NCBI GenBank assembly: GCA_951406725.2
Contig: OX597839.1
Location: forward strand, 23,126,001-23,190,000
Source: Octopus vulgaris
Taxonomy: Eukaryota
Direction: 5' to 3'
Length of the DNA stretch: 64,000 bases
Below are positions 53,841-64,000 of this stretch, piece by piece (the stretch's first letter is position 1; each line of letters starts with the position of its first letter). Made by a program: the position numbers and the translations under genes. The notes beneath the pieces are model-generated. The model was given only the letters and a program-made list of their open reading frames with translations, had not been told where the DNA came from and searched no databases.

Positions 53841-55928
53841 TTACATATTTGTGCAGTGATTTTTGTGTGTGTAGAACTAATTATGAAGTATAAATGTATT
53901 TGACTAAATCTAAAGTGGAAGGACTACGATTGCACGTACACACACACACACATTCGCAATTTGGATCAGTCTCCGAGCCATGTGTGCCAGATTCCAAGAG
54001 CTAAGTATGCACGTATATCTTCATTAAAACACTGGCTGTTATGCAAAAGCCCCTAAAATGCTGTAAGCCTACATTTACAAGCACGCCTTCTTCTGCATCC
54101 CTTTGCACAAAGCACAGCAACAGACGTATTGTCAGGAAGTAGGGTAAAAATGCTGTTGCTTCCTTTACCAACATTTTAACATGTGTTTGTTTAGACAAAC
54201 CCAGTTTTTTTATTCCCCAAAAGCAATCTAACCCCATTTCCTTCGCTTGGCCACATCCTACAAAGACCAGTAGGTGTGAGGGTTTCTTTTTTTTTGTTTC
54301 GCTTTACATAAATCTTCCTCTTTAAGCCATCTTTAGTACATGTGTCTTCTACAGTGAGGAACTTTTTTTATGAAGAAATAAAGTGCTATAATCAATCAGA
54401 TAAGACACCCAGAGAAGAAACTGTGAGAAATAAAAGCAAAAAACATGGAAAGGAAAAGAGAAAAGAAAAAAAGATGATGGACGGAAGCATAAGGTCAATG
54501 TATTACATGGTGAAGGAAAGGAAGAATTACTGATATTTTGGGCAGTTTGTCCTTTGTCAAGATAGATGGGAGGAAAAGGGCAAGAGAAGGGGGGAAATGT
54601 ATATAAAGAAAAATAGAAACGAGGGAGTGTTTTTGAAAGCGGCTGTAAAATCAATATCTCATTCTTTCTCTTTCAAGACATAACACATTGATTTGATTCT
54701 TTCATTAGGTTTTTATTTGTTTCCCCGCTTGTTTTTGTTTTATATAAATATAATAAGAGATATATATAAAACCATTTTAACAGTGATTCTCAAAGTGGCT
54801 ACAGCTATGAATAATAGCAGGTAATATATAGATCGGGATGAAGGCAGCAATCTGGCAGAATTGTTAGCAAACTTGGCAAAGTCAGCTTCTATGCAGTAAT
54901 ATACCTGCTAGAAATAGCAACCAAATCACACTAAATTGTTTTAAAACTGCAAGAACACATAAAGTAATGTTATCTAGAGAAAAGGTGAGATAGTCACAGA
55001 TGGAAAGCCTAATCACAGATCATCAACAATAGTCTCTCGGGCACATGATCGGAAAAGGTGCGGGGATGAAGCTTGTTAATTAAATTGACCCCAGTATTCA
55101 ACTGGTATTTTATTTTATTGATCCCTGGAGGAATGAAAGACAAAGATGATGTCAGCAGGGTTTGATCTCAGAATGTAATGGGACAGGATAAACACCACAA
55201 GGCATTTTATCCTGTTTACTAACAATTCAGCTTTAAATGTTTAGCAGCATTTCATCCAACTTCACATTCTGAGTTCAAATTCCACTGAGGTCAACTTTGC
55301 CTTTTACCCTTTCAGGGTCAATAAATTAAGTACCAGTTGGGTACTGGGGGGGGGGGATGTAATTGACTTAACCATTCCTTCAAGATTGCTGGCCTTGTAC
55401 CATAATTTAAAATCAATACTGGCCTGGTGCAGCCTTCGGGCTCTCCAGACCCCAGTTGAACCGTCCAACCCATGCTAGCATGGAAAGCGGACATTAAATG
55501 ATGATGATGATGATGATGATGATATAAATGGTGCAGACGCAACTATTGCCGCCCCTTTCTTCCTCCCTTGTGTCACCAGTCCACATATAAAATCCTCTAG
55601 CGACCCCTACACTCCCAGCCAGTACGGCCCACTTTCAGAAGCATTGTGCTATGTAAATATTAGCCATGAACAATTCTTAGTTGATCCAAATGATGGATGT
55701 TTGTCATCTCTTCACATCATAAAACATTAAATGAAGACTTGTGAATTAGTTGTTAAAAATAGTAGGCACGGCTGTGTGGTAAGAAGCTTGCTTCCCATTC
55801 ACATGGTTCTTGGTTCAGTCCTGCTGTGTGGAACCTTGGGCAAGTGTCTTCTACTATAGCCTCGGACAGACCAAAGCCTAGTGAATGGATTTGGTTGATG
55901 GAAACTGAAAGAAGCCAACTGTGTGTGT

Positions 55929-55979
<51 letters not shown>

Positions 55980-57720
55980 TTTGTATCTGTGTTTGTTCTC
56001 CTACCACTGTTTGACAAGTGTTGGTGTGTTTATGTCCCCATAACTTAGCAGTTTGACAAAAGAGGACAATAGAATAAGGCTTCTAAAAAACATTAAGTAC
56101 CAGTTACGCACTGGGGTCGATGTAATCGACTTAATACCTATGTCTGTCCTTGTTTGTCCCCTCTGTGTTTAGCCCCTTGTGGGTAATAAAGAAATAGGTA
56201 CTTATTCTATCAACCCTGAAAGTTGACTTTGGCAGAGTTTCAAACTGACTAAATATTCTTCAAAGAGGTGCTCCAGCATGGTCACAGTCTAATGCCTGAA
56301 ACAAGCAAAAGATAAAAGATATATTCCAGTTTGACAGGAGCCAAAATAAAAGTTGGAACCATTACAGAACATCGAATGAGACCAATTATGGAGAGGCATC
56401 CCCTGAGAACACATAGAAGCATAAAACATGATAATAATTGTTCCACCAAATTGAGGAAACTTTACGCTCTTAGATTTATGGGGTTCCTGATACATCCGGC
56501 TCAACAAAGGACCAATTCTACTTTGCCTTCCCTAGCTTTTCTCTGTCGTTACTTCAAGAATGAATTTACAACTACGTCAAAAGATAAAAGCACAAACAAA
56601 CGAGAGATTGTTTTCTTATCAAGCCTATTGGTCATACAATATATTGAAGGCATTTCCATTTTGTTATGTGATACAACGCCACACCTATTCCATGTGTCAC
56701 CATGTTCTCTCTCTCCCCCATCTCTCTCTCTCTCTCTCAGACATTCTATCATGCTCTTTTTTCAGCTTGCTACTCCCCCCCACCGCCACATTATTCCTCC
56801 CCTACCCCCAACAATCATACAGATGCATGTATTACATCATTCACAGACATAGAAAGTTATAATAAATGATGTCAAAATGACGAAAGTTTCCAGCAAGACA
56901 TTAGCCAAGAGAGAAAGTTTTACAAAAGGCAATGGAGTTGCTCGATGCCCAGATGTCGCAACTGGAATAAAACCTGAAATAATTCGAAAGTAAAGCATGA
57001 TAGAATATCAAGCACAGCCATTTCGAAAGTGCCAGGACACATCTTCATAATACAGTGCTTCTTGAAGTGAGTGGTGGTATCAACCAGTGGGAGAATGGGT
57101 TATATGCAGGGCCACTTCAGCAGCCTTATAGGTTCCTGGGCAAATCAAGGTGCTGGACCCTTTAGAGGAAACATAGATTAGAAGTGGGCCCCTAGACACA
57201 TGAAACTCCCACGCAAATCAATACGCTGGACCCCGTACTATTTATTGACAGCAACTCACAACGTACATAAATCAGAATTGGGCCCCAAGATCTGTGAGGC
57301 TGCTGGTAAAATCAATACAGAGGGCCCTATAGCATTTATTCATTGACAGCAAACCACAGCATGCATTGATCAGAACTGGGTCCCTATATCTGCTTTTTAC
57401 AGACCACCGGCACGGAAGCTAGTCAGGGGGCACTGGCACTGACCACGTTCAGATGGTGCATTTTATGTGCCACCAGAATCAGGGGGGCCACAACTACGAT
57501 TTTGGTCTTACTTGACTCAACAGGTCTTCTCAAGCATATCATATCACTCAACACATCAAGGGTACTTTCAAATGTTCCAGACATGCAACACTGGGATCGG
57601 CCATGGCTGCAATCTCACTTTAGTTACTGGTTCTTCCTAATCACAGCATATCTCCAAAGGTCCCGGTCTCCTGTCATTGTCCTTTGTGAGGCCCAATGTT
57701 CGAAGGTCATGCTTCACCAC

Positions 57721-57758
<38 letters not shown>

Positions 57759-58109
57759 TACTACTAAGGTGGCAAGCTGACAGAATCATTAGCAAGCCAG
57801 AAAAATGCTTAGCAACATTTTATCCATCTTTACGTTGTGAGTTCAAATTTTGTTGAGGTAGACTTTGCTTTTCACCCTTTCAAGGTCAATAAAACAAATA
57901 CCAGTTGAGCACTAAAATCAATGTAATCAACATACCCCCTTCCCCAATATCGCTGGCCTTGTGCCAGAATTTGTAAAAGAAGGCAATGAACCATTAGCAA
58001 AGCCAGGCAAAATACCAAACGGTATCTCATGTGTGTTTATGTTCTGATTTGAAACTCTGCCAAAGTCAACTTTGCCTTTCGTGCTTTCAGGGTTGATAGA
58101 ATAAGTACC

Positions 58110-58339
58110 TATTTCTTTATTGCCCACAAGGGGCTAAACACAGAGGGGACAAACAAGGACAGACATAGGTATTAAGTCGATTACATCGACCACAGTGCGT
58201 AACTGGTACTTAATTTATCGACCCCGAAAGGATGAAAGGCAAAGTCGACCTCGGCGGAATTTGAACTCACAACGTAATGCAGACGAAATACCGCTAAGCA
58301 TTTCGCCCGGCGTGCTAACGTTTCTACCAGCTTGCCGCC
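58110..58339 (-). mobile_element. Full-length young SINE B inserted antisense into an older SINE B, 18-bp TSD
   Basis: GTTGATAGAATAAGTACC at 58092-58109 and 58340-58357. Confidence 0.9.
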
Positions 58340-59292
58340 GTTGATAGAATAAGTACCAGCTGAGCACTGGTGTTGATGTAATCAACCATGCCCATCCCTC
58401 AAAATTTCAGCCCTTGTCCTTATAATGGAAAGGGTTGTTATTATTACGGCAGCAAAGACAGCAAAACTGGCAGAATCGTTACCATACTGGACAAAATGCA
58501 AAGCAGCTTTTCATCTGTCAATACATTCTGAGTTCAAATTCCACTGAGGTTACTTTGCCTTTCATCTTTTTGGGGATCAATGAAATAATTACCAAACCAC
58601 TAGGTCACAGGGACGTAAACACACCAACACCGGTTGTCAAGTAGCGACGGGGGACAAACACAGACACAAAGACACACACATATACATATACGATGGGCTG
58701 ATGTAATCAACTGTGGTCAATGTCATCTACTCTGCTTATTCCTCAAAACTAGGGTTTTTGTAATCAACTATGCCAGCCCCTCAAAATTTCATCCCTTGTC
58801 CCTATAATAGAAAGGATTAATATTATGAAGGTAGCAAACAGGTGGAACTGTTGTTGTGTTGGACGACAACTTCCAACTTTCCTGGGTTGATAAAATAAGT
58901 ACCAGTAGCGTACTGGGGTCGATGTAATCAACTATCACCTTCCCCTCAAATTTATCTATAGTAGAAAGAAATATTTAATGACAGAAATGTTAGCCTAACA
59001 TTCTATAATAATCCTTTTTTTTTTTTTTTACTAAAGGTACAAAGCCTCAAATTTGGGAGGAGGAAACTAGCTGGTTACATCAACCCCAATGTTTGTTTCA
59101 TTGGTACTTAATTAATCAACTGTGAAAGGATGAAAGACAAAGTCGACCTCAGCAGAATTTGAACTCAGAACGTAGCAATGGACAAAATATCACAAAGCAT
59201 TTTGTCCAGCATGCTAATGATTCTGCCAGCTTGCCGCCTTTTAACATTCCATAATAATATTGGTAAAATGACTTATGTACAAGTAATCTACA

Positions 59293-59720
59293 ATGGACGA
59301 GGACAGCTGTGTAAAGAAGTGTCGATCTCTAACTGTGGAGGGAACCTGTCGAAGAGGTAGACCCAGGAAGACATGGGATGAGGTGGTGAAGCATGATCTT
59401 TGAACGTTGGACCTCACCAAGGCAAATGACAAGTGACCGAGACCATTGGCGGTATGCCGTGCTTGAGAAGACTTGTCAAGCCAAGGGAAATTGTAGTCAT
59501 GGCTGACCCCAGTATCATGTAACTGGTGTCTGTATCAGTGGCACATAAAAGCATCCATTGCACTCCTGGAGTGTTTGGTGTTAAGAAGGGCCTCCAGCTG
59601 TAGAAACCATGCCAAATCCGACTGTAAGTTGGTGCAGCTCTCCAGATTATCAGCTCCAGTCAAACTGTCTGACCCAGGCCAGCATGAAAAGCAGATATTA
59701 AATGATGATGATGATGATGA
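59293..59720 (+). pseudogene. RTE-clade LINE 3' fragment
   Basis: MDEDSCVKKCRSLTVEGTCRRGRPRKTWDEVVKHDL*...DRDHWRYAVLEKT, followed by the shared 3'UTR and (TGA)n. Confidence 0.85.
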
Positions 59721-60282
59721 TTTTTCTTATCATCATCGTCATCATTTGATGTCCATCTTCCCTGTTAGCATGGGTTGGACAGTTTGACGGAGTCTGGCAA
59801 GCCGCAAGACTGCTCTGAGTCCCAGTATCCACTTTGGCATAGCCTCTACAGCACAATTCCCTTCCTAATTGCAACCACATTACAATGGATAATGGGTGCT
59901 TTTTTTTCATGCCACTTACACTGATCAACTTCAAGTTTCAATACAGTTCCTCAAAATTGCCACTCAGAGAGACTGAACCCAAAACCTAATGGTTAGAAAG
60001 CAAACTACATAACCACACAGCCAACTCTGCATTATTTGAGCTAAACCAGAGAAGTGTATTATTATGTTAGAATACAGACATCAAAATAATGAGACTCAGC
60101 TAATATTATATTATAGCTAATAGTATAACTAATTATATGCTGCATTGATACTAAAACAGGATTAAGCAACTAATCTGTTATAATTGCTTTTAATTAAAAC
60201 CATTATGAGACGCAATTTTCATTGTGATAATTATTCCATAAGCTTTTTATTTCTAGAGTAAACAAAAAATAGACAGATAAAA

Positions 60283-60319
<37 letters not shown>

Positions 60320-60843
60320 ATATATATTCTTTTATTCTTTTATTTGTTTCAGTCATTTGACTGTGGCCATACTGGAGCACTGCCTTTAGTCAAATAAATC
60401 GACCCCAGGACTTTCTTTGTAAGCCTAGTACTTATTCTATTGGTCACTTTTGCCGAACTGCTAAGTTACGGGGACATAAACACATCAACATCAGTTGTCA
60501 AGCGATGGCGGGGGTGGGTACAAACACAGACACACAAATACATACATACATACGTATATATGATGGGCTTCTTTCAGTTTCCATCAACCAAATCCACTCA
60601 CAAGGCTTTGGTCGGCACCAGGCTATAGTAGAAGAGACACTTGCCCAAGTGGCCACACAGTGAGACTGAACCCAGAACCATGTAGTTGGGAAGCAAGCTT
60701 CTTACCACCAGCCACTCCTGCACCTGCTATATATATATATATATATATATATAGTAAAATCGATAAATGAACATTAGAAATAACAATAACAACAGGATGA
60801 GCACGTGGAATGTATTATTTTGACACTTGGTAGAAAGAGAGAG

Positions 60844-60880
60844 CTTTTGATATTTTGAGCATAACTCATCATCGGAAAAG
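60844..60880 (-). ncRNA. Decayed hammerhead-like motif
   Basis: CTTTT-CCGATGA-T-GAGT-TAT-GCTC-AAAATATC-AAAAG; the expected GAAACGTC appears as AAAATATC, consistent with CpG decay. The flank is similar to the 18.1k block. Confidence 0.5.
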
Positions 60881-60947
60881 AAAATGGAAAACGTTCAAGG
60901 AAGAGAAACAGCACACACATGGTTACATTACTGTATGCACACACACA

Positions 60948-61009
<62 letters not shown>

Positions 61010-61959
61010 AAATATTAGGGAATAAATCCAAACTTACAGGGAAAAATGAGATTTAGGATTAAATTCAATTTTATAGTATAAATATATTATATTATATTAT
61101 ATTAAATTAGAGATAAAACCACTATTAGGCAAATCAAACAATGAAAAACAGCAGCCAATACATAAAATTAATTTAATTTATATTATTTTAAATATATATC
61201 AAAAGTATTAAAAGTTTAATAAAAGATAAAGAGTAAAATACAGATACATATATATGTTCACATACAGATTAAAAGAGAGGGGTGGATAGACAGATGGATA
61301 GACATACAGACAGATAGCTGCAAATAAGGCAAGAGAGAGTGCTAAAGATAGATGTTACAGACAGCTTTACAGATATATAAAGAGGGAGAGAAAGAGACAG
61401 GCACAGAAAGAAATAGAAACAGAGACAGATAAATCTCTCTCTCTCTCTCTCTGTCTTTCCCTCTCTTTCTCTCTCTCTCTCCCTGACACTCTGTCATTTA
61501 CAATGGCAAGTGCTCCAACTGATTTGATCAATGGAACAAGCTGCTTGTGATATTTAAATGCAAGTGGCTGAGTACTCCACAGACACACATACCTTTTACA
61601 TAGTTCTTGGAGAGTTCAGTGTGACATGGAATGTGTCATGGCTGGCCCCTTTGGAATTACAGGTACAGCTCATGTTTGAGCAAAACACTTTATTTCTCAC
61701 TGATCCAGTCCGCTCAGCTGGCAAGAATGAGTCGTACCTGTATTTCAAAAGGGTCAGCCCTGTCACACTCTGTGTCATGCTAAATCTCCCTGAAATCCAC
61801 ATTAAGGGTATGCATGTGTCTGTGGAATACTCAGCCACTTGTATGTTAATTTCACAAGCAGGCAGTTCTGATGATTGCATCAACTGTCATAAGCAGCCAG
61901 AAAGCCAGAAAGCTAAACAGCTGTACGTAAAGAGTGAAAGGGAGGACCATAGATTAGAT

Positions 61960-62178
61960 CAGTGGTTTTCAACCAGGGTTCCGCGGAACCTTAGAGTTCC
62001 GCCAGTACAGTCCAGGGATTCCGCAAGAAGTTATAAAAATGCTAAAATCAGCAGTAATTTTTAATTTTCCTGTGCAGATATGTGTACATAAGACAATTAA
62101 ATTATTGCACAGGGGTTCCTCGAGCCAGTGGAATGCTTCCTTGGGGTTCCGCTCCAGCAAAAAGTTTGAAAAGCACTG
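61960..62178. mobile_element. hAT (Charlie-like) MITE with perfect 8-bp TSD
   Basis: TIRs CAGTGGTTTTCAA / TTGAAAAGCACTG; GATTAGAT at 61952-61959 and 62179-62186. Confidence 0.92.
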
Positions 62179-62197
62179 GATTAGATAGATAATAACA

Positions 62198-63272
62198 TTC
62201 ACAGACACGGCAGAGTTGGGACCTGTATACATTGGAAGATATGCCAACACTATGGAATAACAACAGAAAAAAGATGGTACAAGCACACCCCAGCAAAGGT
62301 GACAGGAAATGAGAAAGCAACCATACTACGGGATATGCCAATACACACAGATAGAGAAATTAATACTAATAGGCTTGATATAGTTGTCAGAGATCACCTA
62401 GAAAAAAAATTCTTCCTAATCGATATATCATTATCAACAGATGACAATGTTTCTGTAAAACAGGAGTGGGGGACTTTTTAGTGCAGTATTCAAAAATTTC
62501 CACAGAAAAAGGTCTGTGGGTGGGTCACAAGTTCTAACTCTTATATCTGTGTAAATCCTGTATATATCTATGTATAATTCGATATACATTAATGAAGAGA
62601 AGTTTAACACATTAAATTAACGCGTAACATCTTCAATAACGCCACCACTGGATTTAGGACGTTTATATTACTTATGGGGTATTCTATATTTTTCATCTAG
62701 AGTGTAGTTAGGTCTCAAGGGGTGGCACAAACCTAGCAATAGGCGTTTTGTAGTGAAAACAAAATTTCCATTCAAATGGCAATTCCTGGACGATTTCTGA
62801 CCGTTTTAAGTCGCAGTGGAAACGCGACTTATGTCGCAAATAGGTACACGAGTATTGAATAATTTTTATAATTGAGAAATTTATTATATTTTGTACATAC
62901 AATTGTGCCCACGGGTGGGGGTTACTCCCACCCCCACCCCCCAAAAAAGAAATAGAGAAACTTTCAAAATAGAAAAATCTGGAAATAGAGGTAACTCAAT
63001 GTGGAGTCTGAAAACAAACAATTCCTATTATAGTAGGTGCATTAGGTATGATAAAAAAAACATTCAGACAAATACATAACAAAAACACCAGGACTAACAA
63101 GTATATATAACATACAGAAAATTGCACTACTGGGCACCGCACACATCCTACATCATACGCTTTCAATAGAGGGAAAATAAGAGCACCACAACAAACCACA
63201 GCACATACCCAAAGCACACAGAGCTGGGCTTGGTAGTGAAGTGAAAGCACATGATAAAAATAAGACTACTGA
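62198..63272 (+). pseudogene. Second R4/Dong-like RLE LINE 3' fragment, interrupted by an insertion at about 62461-62942
   Basis: HRHGRVGTCIHWKICQHY...WYKHTP...NRLDIVVRD...FLIDIS...[insertion]...EIEKLSK...IPIIVGALGMI...QKIALLGTAHIL, then the 3'UTR and (AAT)n. Confidence 0.88.
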
Positions 63273-63534
63273 ATAATAATAATAATAATAAATAATAATA
63301 ATAATAATAACAACAATAATAATCCTTTCTATTATAGGCACAATGCCTGAAATTTGTGAGAGGGAGTAAGTCGATTATGTCGAACCTAGTGTTTTACTGG
63401 TACTTAATTTATCAAACCCGAAAGGATGAAAAGGAAAGTCGACCTTGGTGGAATTCGAACTCAGAACGTAAAGACAGGCAAAATACTGTTAAGCATTTTA
63501 CCCAGCATATTAACGATTCTGCCATCTCACCACC

Positions 63535-63535
<1 letters not shown>

Positions 63536-63620
<85 letters not shown>

Positions 63621-63800
63621 TTAATAATAATAATATTAATAATAATTTAGGCACAAGACCAGTCATTTTAGAGGGGAAGAAGAAGAAGAAGAAGGAGAAG
63701 AAGAAGAAGAAGAAGAAGAAGAAGAAGAAGAAGAAGAAGAAGAAGAAGAAGAAGAAGAAGAAGAAGAAGAAAAAGAAGAAGCTGATGATGATGATGATGA
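63536..63800. repeat. (AAT)n, (GAA)n and (GAT)n tracts
   Basis: Seen directly. Confidence 0.95.
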
Positions 63801-64000
63801 TGGGGAGGAGGAGGAACCATGCTACTAACCATTGTTGAGTAAACAAAGAGAAATATGTAATTGTCTGCAAATTACAATAACTGTTATTTAATAATGCCGT
63901 AGTTGGTTCCTACAACTGTAGAGAAACAGCATTACACCATTGCTGAATGTGAAGAATTCAGCAGATTCCGGAAGCAAGGGGGGTGGGGCAGAACAAGAGA

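Noticed and set aside
56331-56852. 173-aa plus-strand ORF
   Set aside because: Non-ATG start, runs through a (CT)n tract, no motif, and no splice signals identified.

Overview
AT-rich eukaryotic DNA dominated by microsatellites and transposable elements. The SINE repertoire looks like that of a coleoid cephalopod, probably Octopus (inferred from recalled repeat families, not a database hit). There is no intact multi-exon gene, rRNA, true tRNA or CRISPR array, and nearly all ORFs in the track are simple-repeat or SINE artefacts. Supported content: about four tRNA-derived SINE families (called A-D here); decayed RTE-clade and R4/Dong-like (RLE) LINE fragments; Tc1/mariner, hAT and piggyBac-like MITEs; a non-autonomous Helitron; and one candidate first coding exon on the minus strand (45634-45760). 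The most notable non-coding signals are: (1) minimal type-I hammerhead ribozyme motifs of the Penelope-like-element kind in (TA)n-embedded blocks, including an inverted pair forming a foldback; (2) several asymmetric foldbacks; (3) a local inverted duplication bracketing an RT fragment that starts exactly at YADD; (4) compensatory covariation in a SINE 3' stem-loop; (5) a SINE subfamily repeatedly joined to GGT at its 3' end. Coordinates were counted by hand and may be off by a few bases.
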